Shown here piece by piece: positions 1 through 9,009 of a stretch of DNA of 35,169 bases. A program made the translations under genes and the position numbers. The stretch comes from Nanobdellota archaeon (GTDB taxonomy: Archaea; Nanobdellota; Nanobdellia; Woesearchaeales; GW2011-AR9): positions 1 through 35,169 of the forward strand of contig JAUYPT010000078.1 of the NCBI GenBank assembly GCA_030695685.1. Reading direction: 5' to 3'. How positions within the stretch are numbered: position 1 is the stretch's first letter; each line of letters starts with the position of its first letter. The notes under the pieces are model-generated. The model did no database searches and was not told where the DNA came from. It was given only the letters and a program-made list of their open reading frames with translations.

Positions 1-244
1 GTTTTGCGGAAAAGCGTGGTTTGATAACACCACACTTGTTAATGTTACCCAGTAAATTAACTTTAAGCACTCCTCCTTTCTGAGCATCGATCTCTTCAAA
101 AGAGCCAATGTAATTATTTTCATTCATAATTGTGAGTACGCGTTTAATCATAATGGAGGCTGGTTTTACAACTACTTCTCGTTTTCCGACTTTTTCTGCA
201 TTAATTATTTTGGCTAACGTTGCTGCCAAAGGGTCGTTTAACAT
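1..244 (-). CDS. rps8: 30S ribosomal protein uS8 (3' end runs off the window)
   Basis: Reverse complement from ATG at 244 reads MLNDPLAATLAKIINAEKVGKR...; follows uS14 in spc order. Confidence 0.95.
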   Translation of the reverse strand, partial: MLNDPLAATLAKIINAEKVGKREVVVKPASIMIKRVLTIMNENNYIGSFEEIDAQKGGVLKVNLLGNINKCGVIKPRFSAK

Positions 245-266
245 GATTTTTTTACCTCACATATAT

Positions 267-497
267 TTAACTGAATTTTTTAAAGCCAAGTCCTTGAGCC
301 ATTTCCCTAAAACACTGCCGGCAGATATGCAGGCCATACTTGTTAATGTGGCCCCGTGTTCTTCCGCAATTCTTACATTTTCGTAAGGCAATGCCGCAGG
401 AACGGTCTTTTGGCTGATTAAATTTGATAAATTTTGCTTTCTTGATAGGTTTAGCGTTTAATTGCGTAAACATTTTTCGGTGATCACTGGTAGTCAT
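267..497 (-). CDS. rps14: 30S ribosomal protein uS14 (zinc-finger type)
   Basis: CKNCG...[16 protein letters not shown]...LGFKKFS; position between uL5 and uS8. Confidence 0.96.
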   Translation of the reverse strand: MTTSDHRKMFTQLNAKPIKKAKFIKFNQPKDRSCGIALRKCKNCGRTRGHINKYGLHICRQCFREMAQGLGFKKFS

Positions 498-499
498 TC

Positions 500-1012
500 T
501 TATTCAACCTCTACACCTAAATTTTGAACAAAAGTAACAGCATCATCTTTTGTAACTAGATGCGATTTTCCTACTTTTGCAGGTTTTATCTTCCTATTCT
601 TAACTCTGAAACCAGGACGTTCTAATGTCACAGCAGCTTCAAGGCCAATTATTTTTAATTCAGGATCGTATTCTAATCCTTCGATATCAATATATTCCGG
701 TATCCCAAAAGAAAAGTTACCGTGGTTATCAAAATTTCGCAATGATAATTTCTTTCCTTTTGCTACCAAAAGACGTTTTAAGAGAGTTTCCGTATCTTTC
801 CGAACAGTAACTTTACAGCCAATGGTAAGTCCCGGCCGTAATCCCCATCCCGGGATTCTTTTCTTGGTTACTGTTTTAACAGGAGATAACGGCGTCAGTT
901 TTTGTAATAATTTTAATCCTTTCTTCATCAGTTCCTCATCTTTTCCTACGCCTATATTTAACGTGATCTTGGCAATGCGTACATTTCGTATGGATGGAAG
1001 TGTTGCGGTCAT
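500..1012 (-). CDS. rpl5: 50S ribosomal protein uL5
   Basis: [50 protein letters not shown] motifs. Confidence 0.97.
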   Translation of the reverse strand: MTATLPSIRNVRIAKITLNIGVGKDEELMKKGLKLLQKLTPLSPVKTVTKKRIPGWGLRPGLTIGCKVTVRKDTETLLKRLLVAKGKKLSLRNFDNHGNFSFGIPEYIDIEGLEYDPELKIIGLEAAVTLERPGFRVKNRKIKPAKVGKSHLVTKDDAVTFVQNLGVEVE

Positions 1013-1017
1013 GGTCG

Positions 1018-1728
1018 TTAGTTCCTTTTTGTATGAGCAGTTGAATTGTGAAGTGTAATGATGGGATCTTTTTTGCCGACAACAAAGAGATATGATTTTG
1101 CAGTCTCAATTTCTTTGCCGTTGGCAAGATACAAAGCTTCTTTTCCTTTTATTTCTTGTAGTTTGCCGACATCCCCGCCGTGTTTTCCTTTCGTCAGGAA
1201 AACTGTCGCTCCTGGATCTAACGGCAGAACTTCTTTGAATGCAAGCTGCGGCAGCTCTAAAACAATACTGTCGCCTACTTTTACTTTTTTATCAGTGATA
1301 ATATTTTTACCATCATAAAGATTAAGTTGAATTTTACCTTTTGATAACATTGTTTTACCAATAACTTTAAACGGCTTAAGTGTGCTTTCTGCGGCGGAAA
1401 TTTCAACGAGGATAAGTCTTCCCTGATTATCTAAGACAACACGGTACTGTTTCTTTAATTCAGGGAATGAAAGAACATCAAATAATCCTACCATAAAACG
1501 GTGATCTTTTCTTCTTTTACCATCAACAAGCACTTCTTTATTATTGAGGATTTTACGCACTTCTCCCATCATAGAGGCATGATGAAGAATGTCCCGCAGT
1601 ATAATTCCTAATGACATTCCCGTATCTAAGGAATGAGCGCCTGCGTTAGGCCGAACGATGAAAATGTTCTGCTGCCGGTCCAAAATCCATGTTTTTGGTG
1701 CCGCAATTCTTTTCAGATGATTTTTCAT
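1018..1728 (-). CDS. rps4e: 30S ribosomal protein eS4
   Basis: HLKRIAAPKTW, GAHS, VLVDGKRRKD..F.VGLFDV, GKHGG.VG motifs. Confidence 0.97.
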   Translation of the reverse strand: MKNHLKRIAAPKTWILDRQQNIFIVRPNAGAHSLDTGMSLGIILRDILHHASMMGEVRKILNNKEVLVDGKRRKDHRFMVGLFDVLSFPELKKQYRVVLDNQGRLILVEISAAESTLKPFKVIGKTMLSKGKIQLNLYDGKNIITDKKVKVGDSIVLELPQLAFKEVLPLDPGATVFLTKGKHGGDVGKLQEIKGKEALYLANGKEIETAKSYLFVVGKKDPIITLHNSTAHTKRN

Positions 1729-2183
1729 GGGAGATTACCTTTTCCTTGTTTTTTATGGTCCTTAGCTGGTGTAGCAGCCATGGTTTTCTTTTTTGATTCC
1801 AGTTTTTGTTTTCGTAGTTTATCACTTACATCCAACTCTATAATCATTAATTTTGACGGCAGTAAAGGAAACGGCACTTTGGAACCGTCTTTTTTTATAG
1901 TTTCTATCCCATTGACAAAAATGGAATTCCGTTTTAGGAGAACTCGTTCCACTTTTCCTTCTTTCTTCTGATGGGATCCTCGAAGAACCGTAACCTTATC
2001 TCCCTTCCGTACTTGGATATTTCGAAAGCCATATTTCTGCCGTAGTGCCGGCGACAAATGAACATGAACTCTTTTCTGCCGGAGATGGAGTGGAGCATTA
2101 TACCTATACTTACGCTGTTTACGCACTTGTGTACTGCTTTTCCATGCTCTGGAAAAAGTTTTGGGAATTGATTTTAGTATCAT
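1725..2183 (-). CDS. rpl24: 50S ribosomal protein uL24
   Basis: RKQRKYRYNAPLHLR, VRKGDKVTVLRG KOW motif. Confidence 0.96.
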   Translation of the reverse strand: MILKSIPKTFSRAWKSSTQVRKQRKYRYNAPLHLRQKRVHVHLSPALRQKYGFRNIQVRKGDKVTVLRGSHQKKEGKVERVLLKRNSIFVNGIETIKKDGSKVPFPLLPSKLMIIELDVSDKLRKQKLESKKKTMAATPAKDHKKQGKGNLP

Positions 2184-2199
2184 TTTTATGTATCTACCA

Positions 2200-2601
2200 T
2201 TAAATTATCATTGATGCTAATTTAGCTACTGCCGGCCAACGCTCGGCTACTTCTTTGGCAATTGGACCTTTCAGGAGCGTGCCTTTTGGATTTCCTTTTT
2301 CATCCTTTAAAACAACGGCAGCATTATCCTCAAATTTGATTCTCATGCCATCCGGACGCCTGTATTCTTTTTTCTGGCGGACAATGATGGCAGGAACGAC
2401 TGTTTTTCTCATCTCTAACTTTCCTTTTTTGACGCTCGCTAAAACCAAATCGCCAACACCAGCAGTAGGAATTCTACCGCGGGAAGTTTTGCTTCCTTTA
2501 ACAGCTACTATTTTTAAGATTTTAGCGCCGGAATTATCGCATGTCGCCACATACGCCTGTGAGGGCAATGATTTTATAACGTTACTTTTGAGCGCTTTCA
2601 T
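2200..2601 (-). CDS. rpl14: 50S ribosomal protein uL14
   Basis: CDNSGAK, AGVGD, RQKKEYRRPDG.RIKFEDNAAV, KGPIAKEVAERWP. Confidence 0.98.
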   Translation of the reverse strand: MKALKSNVIKSLPSQAYVATCDNSGAKILKIVAVKGSKTSRGRIPTAGVGDLVLASVKKGKLEMRKTVVPAIIVRQKKEYRRPDGMRIKFEDNAAVVLKDEKGNPKGTLLKGPIAKEVAERWPAVAKLASMII

Positions 2602-3002
2602 CGTACTTTTCCTTCCTCTTTAGCGGCTACCTTCGCCGTTTCTTTCTTTTTGGCTGATTTAGATACTGCTGATTTTTCATCACTGCCAACAACAGCAAGT
2701 ATAACATGATTTTTTGTTTTACTTAATGGACGTGTTCTCGCTGCTAAGACATTATCTCCAATCTCTGCTTCTACACAGGCAGGATTATGGACGTGCATCC
2801 GCGATCTTCTGAGCTCGTATCGTTCATACTTAGGAATATAATAAGGTCTAAACCATTCAATTGTTGCAGAGCGGTTACTATCTTTTTTGATAATCTTTCC
2901 TCTAAACAACTCTTTTTTAACAGAGAGCTGTCCGTGGAAAGGACATTTTTTGTCCGTACAGTCTTTTGTTGGTGCATGCACACCAAATAGTTCTTTATTC
3001 AT
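2598..3002 (-). CDS. rps17: 30S ribosomal protein uS17
   Basis: C.DKKCPFHG.L, PKYERYE.RRSRMHVHNP.C, RPLSKTK. Confidence 0.97.
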   Translation of the reverse strand: MNKELFGVHAPTKDCTDKKCPFHGQLSVKKELFRGKIIKKDSNRSATIEWFRPYYIPKYERYELRRSRMHVHNPACVEAEIGDNVLAARTRPLSKTKNHVILAVVGSDEKSAVSKSAKKKETAKVAAKEEGKVR

Positions 3003-3004
3003 TG

Positions 3005-3265
3005 TTATTTTCCTTTAATTCTATCTTCGGAACGCCTGGCAATGGTTTTTCCCTCAACAACCATGCCTGTCCTGGTGATCTTTAACGTCACATTTTGTTT
3101 CAGGATCATTTTATGATTCCCATGATCATCAATGGTCAATGTGTTTTTCGTTTCATCAACAATTTTTCCGGTGAGACCAATCTCACTTTTGTTGGTGGAA
3201 TGTACAATGGAAACTTCTTCCCCGATTAACTCATCAGGAAAACTTGCCATTGAAACCATTTTCAT
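3005..3265 (-). CDS. rnp1: Ribonuclease P protein subunit Rpp29/Pop4
   Basis: ELIG..V.IV.STN...IGL.GKIVDETKNTL...R.EDRIK; canonical position between SUI1 and uS17. Confidence 0.93.
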   Translation of the reverse strand: MKMVSMASFPDELIGEEVSIVHSTNKSEIGLTGKIVDETKNTLTIDDHGNHKMILKQNVTLKITRTGMVVEGKTIARRSEDRIKGK

Positions 3266-3296
3266 TACTCCAGCAAAATCATGCGGTCTTGCTGAT

Positions 3297-3602
3297 TTAG
3301 ACTACCTCAATAGTCTCTTCCGGGAAACCCAAATCGACAAGGACACCTTTTATCCTTGATTTATGGTCCCCCTGCAACTCAATTTGACCATTTTTAGCCG
3401 TACCGCCGCAGGCAAATTTCGATTTTAATTTTCGAACAATTTCATCGATGTTTGCTTCTTTATTGATACCGACTATGATTGTATATTTTTTGCCAAACTT
3501 TCTTTTTTCAATTTTAGCGGTGATTTTTTGCTGTTCGCGAGCAATTGTTTCGCAAACACACAAATCTTGAGGTAATCCACACTGGTTACAAACGTTAACC
3601 AT
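3297..3602 (-). CDS. Translation initiation factor aIF-1 (SUI1 family)
   Basis: CGLP.DLCVCE.IAREQQKI, LKSKFACGGT.K...IELQGDH. Confidence 0.96.
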   Translation of the reverse strand: MVNVCNQCGLPQDLCVCETIAREQQKITAKIEKRKFGKKYTIIVGINKEANIDEIVRKLKSKFACGGTAKNGQIELQGDHKSRIKGVLVDLGFPEETIEVV

Positions 3603-3607
3603 TCTTC

Positions 3608-3811
3608 TTACATCAACACCTCTTTTTTCTCTTGAAGCAGTGTTAAAACCCGGGCTATATTCTTTTTTGTCTGCTTTAATTTTCCCGAATTGGCAGTATT
3701 AGCACCGCTGGCTACTTGCACATTTAATTTAAGTAGTTCCTTTTTAAATTCTCCCAATCTTTCCTGCAGAACTTCCTGTGATAAGGATCGAAAATTTTTG
3801 ATAGTTTTCAT
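3608..3811 (-). CDS. rpl29: 50S ribosomal protein uL29
   Basis: L.EFKKELLKL...GKLKQTKKNIARVLT; follows uS3. Confidence 0.94.
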   Translation of the reverse strand: MKTIKNFRSLSQEVLQERLGEFKKELLKLNVQVASGANTANSGKLKQTKKNIARVLTLLQEKKEVLM

Positions 3812-3813
3812 GG

Positions 3814-4665
3814 TTACTCTTTATCCTCACTGTTTTGATCAGCTTTGTTGGCATCACTTGTAATGGCATCGCCTATAGCATCGACAACCGAGATGATTTC
3901 TTCCGCAACAGCTTCGTTCTTGGGGGAAGTAATTTCTTGTGAACCACTTTCTCCTGTTTTTTCCTTGTCGCTTTTAACCATTTTTTTCCGGGATGCTGAT
4001 TTTTTCTTTGCCGTTGTTTTTTTAGCCGGTTCTTCTTTTTCAGATATGACTTCTACTGTTTGAACAGGCTCATCAAGTACTTCAATAAGATCAGGCAATT
4101 GTAAATGAGGTGGCATAATAGATACTTTTACCCCAATAATTCCACTTTTTAAAAGTGCACTTTTTTGTGCTTTAAGAACGCCGGAAACAGCAATGTCTCC
4201 GCATTTCTTAAGATACCCTTGAAAGAAACGCCAGCTCTTTGCACGCGCACCAGGAATTTTTCCAGAGATAATTACCTCGATTCCCAAAGCACCGGCATTA
4301 AGAACATTCTCCATAATTTTATGGCCAATACTCTTAAACCGAACAGAACCGAACCTTTCCAGAGAACTGACAATGCGGTCAGCAACAAGATTGGCATCCA
4401 AAAAAATGTCTTTTACTTCATTAATTTCAATTTGAGGATTTTCTAATTTAAAGTCGGATTTTAACGTTCGGGTAAGCTCTTTAATATTAGCGCCTTTAGA
4501 CCCGACGATAAGGCTCGGCCGTCCTGCAGAAATGATTATTTTCTCTCCAAGAGGGATCTTCTTCAGCGTTACGTGGGAAATGCCAGCTCCTTTGAGTTTA
4601 TTTTCTATATATTTCTTAATGTAATACTCTTTCGTTTTCTGGACTATAAATTCCCGTTCAATCAT
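3814..4665 (-). CDS. rps3: 30S ribosomal protein uS3 with long low-complexity C-terminal tail
   Basis: MIEREFI, KH-domain RPSLIVGSKGANIKEL, ISGKIPGARAKSWRF..GYLKKCG. Confidence 0.97.
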   Translation of the reverse strand: MIEREFIVQKTKEYYIKKYIENKLKGAGISHVTLKKIPLGEKIIISAGRPSLIVGSKGANIKELTRTLKSDFKLENPQIEINEVKDIFLDANLVADRIVSSLERFGSVRFKSIGHKIMENVLNAGALGIEVIISGKIPGARAKSWRFFQGYLKKCGDIAVSGVLKAQKSALLKSGIIGVKVSIMPPHLQLPDLIEVLDEPVQTVEVISEKEEPAKKTTAKKKSASRKKMVKSDKEKTGESGSQEITSPKNEAVAEEIISVVDAIGDAITSDANKADQNSEDKE

Positions 4666-5183
4666 GATTGTGCCTCATTCTGTTTTTTATCCGCTGCCGG
4701 CAATGTTTTTTTTCTCGCCTTCTTTGAGGCCGTAGATTTTGCAGAATTTTGTTCCGTCAACGCTTCCATAACCATCACTTCTAAGTGTGTCCGTTTTGTT
4801 CCGTGCCGGATCCTGCCACCAGTTAATGGAATGCTCGCTTTATTGGCGAGAAGTTTTACGATCTTAAGATTGGTCGTATTCAACCCTTTGGCATGAGCGT
4901 TGGCTTCTACGGATTTAATTAAACGCAAAAATTCCCGAGCCGCTTTCTGAGGATAACGTCCTGCCGCCATACCTGCTTTATGGCCCATATCTTGAGTAAA
5001 CCTTGTGAATGGAACTGCTTTCCGCAGCAAGGCTACTTCACCTAAAAATTTCTTGGCAAAGGTCGTATTTTTATAGCGCAGATAACGGCTAATTTCAATG
5101 CTCTGCTTCGTTGAAATAGGAAGATTAGTCATTTTCGCAGATGCGCGATGTTCCGTTCCTATCGTATTTTTTGTCGTTGCCAT
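4662..5183 (-). CDS. rpl22: 50S ribosomal protein uL22
   Basis: ISTKQSIEI, VPF.RF...GHK...GRYPQKAA, NA..KGL; likely start ATG at 5183 (MATTKN), since the longer ORF overlaps uS19. Confidence 0.96.
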   Translation of the reverse strand: MATTKNTIGTEHRASAKMTNLPISTKQSIEISRYLRYKNTTFAKKFLGEVALLRKAVPFTRFTQDMGHKAGMAAGRYPQKAAREFLRLIKSVEANAHAKGLNTTNLKIVKLLANKASIPLTGGRIRHGTKRTHLEVMVMEALTEQNSAKSTASKKARKKTLPAADKKQNEAQS

Positions 5184-5193
5184 TGTTCTAATT

Positions 5194-5577
5194 TTATCGT
5201 GCAGAGACTGCCCTGCTTGACCTCGTTGCGCCAACACCGGCAGAACTGTGCGTTACAAACTTGCGGGTATGGGAAAATTCACCTAAATAATGGCCAAGCA
5301 TTTCTGCTGTTACCGTAACAGGAACAAACTCCTTCCCATTATAGACACGAATTAACTTGCCCAGCATCAAAGGAATAATAATCATATCCCGGCAATGAGT
5401 TTTAACATTATTATCACCGGTTTCTAATCGTTTAATAAGACTCTTCTGGTATTCTGTAAAACCGCGTTGTAATGATCGCCGCTGACGAGCGGGCACTAAA
5501 GCAGTAAACTCGCGTAACCCCAGCTGCTTAAGGTCATCTTCTGTCTTTCCCCGCCACATAAATTGTTTTATTGCCAT
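5194..5577 (-). CDS. rps19: 30S ribosomal protein uS19
   Basis: PARQRRSL.RG, KTHCRDMII.P, YNGKEF, MLGHYLGEF, GVGATRSS. Confidence 0.98.
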   Translation of the reverse strand: MAIKQFMWRGKTEDDLKQLGLREFTALVPARQRRSLQRGFTEYQKSLIKRLETGDNNVKTHCRDMIIIPLMLGKLIRVYNGKEFVPVTVTAEMLGHYLGEFSHTRKFVTHSSAGVGATRSSRAVSAR

Positions 5578-5584
5578 TGTTTAC

Positions 5585-6289
5585 TTACCTTCTCCTTCCT
5601 GTCCTGCGTGGTGCAATCTTCCCTACTTTCCTTCCCGGAGGAGCATTACGCGGCGATTGTGTTGGTCTTCCTTTAATGTGGGAACATTTTCCACCAAAAG
5701 GATGGTCAACTGCGTTCATAGAGATACCACAGACGTGAGGATATAATTTATTACGAGCTCTCATTTTTTTATACTTTGTCCCTGCTTTAAGAAAGGGCTT
5801 GTCTAACCTGCCGCTTCCTGCAACGATGCCTAAGGATGCTTTACATGTTGGCAGGAAAATTTTTTCCTTTTTTGAGGGTAAAACGACGCGGACAATGTCT
5901 TCGCTTTTGGCTACAACTTTCGCAAAAGAACCAGAGGCACGTACTAGTTTACCGCCGTCACCAGGATGAATTTCAATATTATGGATTAAAGACCCTTCGG
6001 GAATTTCACTGAGCGGAAGAACGTTTCCATTTTTAATTTCAGCGCCTTTCCCAACCGTGATCAGATCGCCAACTTTTACCCCTTCCGGAGCAAACGTAAG
6101 ATTATGAGCACCTGTAAGATATGATACCTCCATTAACGGAGCTGTATGGCCGGCACAGTGGATTATATCGGTAATCTGGCCTTTTGTATCTAATGGATAA
6201 TGTTTTGCTTCTCCCTTAAAGCGGAAGCTAGGAGAAGTATAGGTTTTTGTTCCCCGTCCCCGCCGTTGTTGTATCAGTCGTTTACCCAT
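5585..6289 (-). CDS. rpl2: 50S ribosomal protein uL2
   Basis: MGKRLIQQRRGRG, PGDGGKLVRASG, MNAVDHPFGG, PPGRKVGKIAPRRTG. Confidence 0.98.
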   Translation of the reverse strand: MGKRLIQQRRGRGTKTYTSPSFRFKGEAKHYPLDTKGQITDIIHCAGHTAPLMEVSYLTGAHNLTFAPEGVKVGDLITVGKGAEIKNGNVLPLSEIPEGSLIHNIEIHPGDGGKLVRASGSFAKVVAKSEDIVRVVLPSKKEKIFLPTCKASLGIVAGSGRLDKPFLKAGTKYKKMRARNKLYPHVCGISMNAVDHPFGGKCSHIKGRPTQSPRNAPPGRKVGKIAPRRTGRRR

Positions 6290-6650
6290 GGTATAAACCT
6301 GCTTGTTGGAGTAATTTTAATTCCGTTTTCAAGCACTCTCTTCTTTCTGGCGTATCTATTTCATAATATCCCTGGCCCTCATCTTCATCTAAGCCATCCA
6401 CAACTAAATCTCCTGTTTGATCAAAAGAAATATTTTCATTATGTATCACTTCTCTTACAATAGCAGTCATTCTATCATCGTGATCGATGCTCAGAAAAAT
6501 TCTCCTTTCTCCAACTCTACCTTCATAAACTGCAAGATAAGCACCATCATAGTATTCGGAACCATAGTCTAACTTCACCCTATCACCAGCCACAAGGCTA
6601 TCTAAGTCTACGTAGGTATATACTCGTTTTGTTGCTGGTATATTTGCCAT
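6282..6650 (-). CDS. Hypothetical acidic protein inserted between rpl23 and rpl2
   Basis: 122-aa ORF fills the gap exactly: starts 1 nt after the rpl23 stop and overlaps the rpl2 start by 8 nt; no family recognised. Confidence 0.8.
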   Translation of the reverse strand: MANIPATKRVYTYVDLDSLVAGDRVKLDYGSEYYDGAYLAVYEGRVGERRIFLSIDHDDRMTAIVREVIHNENISFDQTGDLVVDGLDEDEGQGYYEIDTPERRECLKTELKLLQQAGLYHG

Positions 6651-6651
6651 C

Positions 6652-6990
6652 TTAAATCAATCCTAAATCAGCACTGACATCGGACGCCAAACTGTCCGGC
6701 CCTAATTGAACATAGGCTATCTTTCTGCCGCTGAAGGAATTTTGAATATTAACACCGGTTACTTTTACCTTAAAGAGTTCTTCCACTGCCCGCTTGACAT
6801 CAGATTTTGTTGACTGTGGATTGACAGAAAAGACGAGCTTGTTCTCAAACTCAATCTGCCGGATGCTTTTTTCCGTCGATAAAGGAAATTGAATCACGTT
6901 ATAAGGATCAAAAGATACTGCTGGTGTTACAACACTCTTTTCATCTCTCTTGTTGAGTGCATTTTTTGTGGTTTTTCTTTTGGCTGCCAT
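6652..6990 (-). CDS. rpl23: 50S ribosomal protein uL23
   Basis: P.STEK....IE.ENKLVF.V...STK.DVKRAVEELF.VKV..VN, K.AYV.L. Confidence 0.96.
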   Translation of the reverse strand: MAAKRKTTKNALNKRDEKSVVTPAVSFDPYNVIQFPLSTEKSIRQIEFENKLVFSVNPQSTKSDVKRAVEELFKVKVTGVNIQNSFSGRKIAYVQLGPDSLASDVSADLGLI

Positions 6991-7796
6991 TAGACAAATA
7001 ATTTTTTCTCCTTGATGCTATTAATTGCGTTTTCTGTCCATAACGTCGCTCTTCCCGGCATTGTTCCAGGCGCTAACAGCGCCGTGTTCAATGACGATGC
7101 AGGAACAACATCAACGCCAGGGATATTACGGGCTGATTTTATTAATGGGCAATCTGCCCCAACAACAATCAGGACTCCTTTCTTCTTTTGATATTTTCTG
7201 CCACGTACTTTACCCATACCGGCACGAACTTTTTTAACAGAAGACCGCTGCAGTTCATCTTCAAATCCTAATTCTATCAATACTTTTCGTGTCTCTGCAG
7301 TTTTATCCATTTTTTCGAATGCTGAATCAATGATAAAAGGATATTCTGCAGGAACTTTATGCCCTCTTTTTTCGACAATATTTTTATTGAGGACAGCACC
7401 GATAGCGGAACGAATTGCTTTTTGATTTTCTTTTTTGTTGATTTTTTGTGTCAGAATTTTTGTTGCTTTTGGAGGATGAGAACGATGCCCGCCGACAGTC
7501 TGCGGTGAAAACGCACCAACCCAGAACATGCGCATTCCCCGTCGTGATAAAACTTTTCGGTTAACTCTACTTACTCCAAAACCATAACAGCCGCGATAGT
7601 TCCGCCGCCGCTTGCTTACTTTAGAAGAATGACGCAGACCAGCACCGGGACTAGCTCCGTACCGCTGCCGTGCAGCACTCTGCAAGGCGTGGACTGCCCG
7701 CTTAATCAGGTCAGGGCGGAATTCTTCCGAAAATTGGACAGGAAGCTCTTTATCTCCCGCTTTTTTCTTTTTGAGGTCAAATATTGCAATCTTCAT
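6990..7796 (-). CDS. rpl4: 50S ribosomal protein uL4
   Basis: F.EEFRPDLIKRAV, GGHRSHPPK, RAGMGKVRGRKY, RNIPGVDV, LAPG..PGR.TLW. Confidence 0.97.
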   Translation of the reverse strand: MKIAIFDLKKKKAGDKELPVQFSEEFRPDLIKRAVHALQSAARQRYGASPGAGLRHSSKVSKRRRNYRGCYGFGVSRVNRKVLSRRGMRMFWVGAFSPQTVGGHRSHPPKATKILTQKINKKENQKAIRSAIGAVLNKNIVEKRGHKVPAEYPFIIDSAFEKMDKTAETRKVLIELGFEDELQRSSVKKVRAGMGKVRGRKYQKKKGVLIVVGADCPLIKSARNIPGVDVVPASSLNTALLAPGTMPGRATLWTENAINSIKEKKLFV

Positions 7797-7804
7797 GAGT
7801 GTTT

Positions 7805-8773
7805 TTAGTGCTGAACCGACAGATGAGTAATCTGCGGCGCCTCCTTAATTAGTTTTTTGTTCGGCCGAATTGCCTGTGTTAATAATACTGCCCTTTTCTT
7901 AGGGCCAATAACAGATCCTTTGATCAGAACATAGGTATTTTTAATGAGGCCATAATGATTAAAACCAGATTTAGGAGTGATATCGCTGCTATCATTTCCT
8001 ATTTTAAGAAGTTGTTTATTATATTCCGTCCGTAAGTGGTATCCCATCTTACCGGATTGAGGAACGCTAAAACGAACACGGTTTGGATGCCATGGTCCAA
8101 GAGTCCCAATACCACGCTTCACTTTTTCTGCCTTATGCTGCCGTATATGTGCACCAAACCTTTTGATTGTTCCTTGGAAACCTTTTCCGATGCTGACACC
8201 ATGAACATCAAGTTGGTTGCCATTCTCAAAAACATCTTTAACCTCAATTTCTTTACCAAGAACATTTTTAGCATAACTCATTTTCTCGTCTTTAGAACCG
8301 CCAATTGTAATTTCCATTAATTTTGGTCTCTTTGTGCCAACAGACGTTAATTTTGGATTAGATTGAACAAGCAAGCGGAGGTCATCAAAATCGGTAATTG
8401 CATCCAGTGTTTTCTTATTTTTCTTTGGCAATTGAATTTTACGGCCAAGCTCTTTTGTTACATTTGCGGCCCAGATAGAAGAAATTTTACGAACCCCATA
8501 GATTGATTTTTTATAGAAGGCGAGACCATATACTGTCATCGGCGGACAGTCAATAATTGTTGCCGGGAAAAAAATCTCTTCCCCCTTCGTCAATGATCGC
8601 GGCCGGTTATCAAGAATATGAAGATGCGTCATCCCTGCTTTATAGCCAATAAAGCCAAGCGGTTTTACTTTGCTTTCATTTGCCCAAGAGCGTACTCTAG
8701 CTAAAGAATGTTTCGACCTTTTTCGAGGCCAGTACTGCAAGCTCCCTAAACGGGGATGATTTATTTTAGGCAT
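7805..8773 (-). CDS. rpl3: 50S ribosomal protein uL3
   Basis: PRLGSLQYWPRKR, GFIGYKAGMTH, GKGFQG.IKRFG, GKMGYHLRTEYNK, GSVIGPKKR. Confidence 0.98.
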   Translation of the reverse strand: MPKINHPRLGSLQYWPRKRSKHSLARVRSWANESKVKPLGFIGYKAGMTHLHILDNRPRSLTKGEEIFFPATIIDCPPMTVYGLAFYKKSIYGVRKISSIWAANVTKELGRKIQLPKKNKKTLDAITDFDDLRLLVQSNPKLTSVGTKRPKLMEITIGGSKDEKMSYAKNVLGKEIEVKDVFENGNQLDVHGVSIGKGFQGTIKRFGAHIRQHKAEKVKRGIGTLGPWHPNRVRFSVPQSGKMGYHLRTEYNKQLLKIGNDSSDITPKSGFNHYGLIKNTYVLIKGSVIGPKKRAVLLTQAIRPNKKLIKEAPQITHLSVQH

Positions 8774-8935
8774 TGTCTATTATTTAATTACGCCGTAACT
8801 GCCTTTCCTGTCATAACTGCCTATGTGGGGCTTCCATCAAGAATAAATGATGGTTACCTTATCAGGCAATAGGACCATAATCATTTAACCAGTAGCACTG
8901 CTCCGGTCAGTGTAATTATCGTCACATATGATGAA
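8774..8935 (-). promoter_or_regulatory. Structured 5' leader of the ribosomal protein operon (candidate r-leader)
   Basis: Nested stems (8834-8839/8848-8853; 8818-8822/8864-8868; 8806-8809/8871-8874), hairpin 8896-8900/8908-8912, 9-nt direct repeat at 8796-8804 and 8814-8822. Confidence 0.55.
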
Positions 8936-8959
8936 TTTAACTCTCATGAAGGAGGGTTA

Positions 8960-8967
8960 TTTATAAA
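8960..8967 (-). promoter_or_regulatory. Archaeal TATA box for the r-protein operon
   Basis: TTTATAAA preceded on the minus strand by purine-rich AATAAC (BRE-like). Confidence 0.65.
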
Positions 8968-9009
8968 GTTATTGGTTAAAATAAATAGAGGATTGCATTG
9001 ATATCAGGC

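Noticed and set aside
132..8320. Numerous plus-strand ORFs opposite the ribosomal protein genes, and similar antisense ORFs elsewhere
   Set aside because: Shadow ORFs of well-supported genes, with no recognisable motifs
8885..8947. 20-codon upstream ORF (MRVKFIICDD...) in the rpl3 leader
   Set aside because: Its ATG is only ~13 nt from the TATA box, probably upstream of the transcription start
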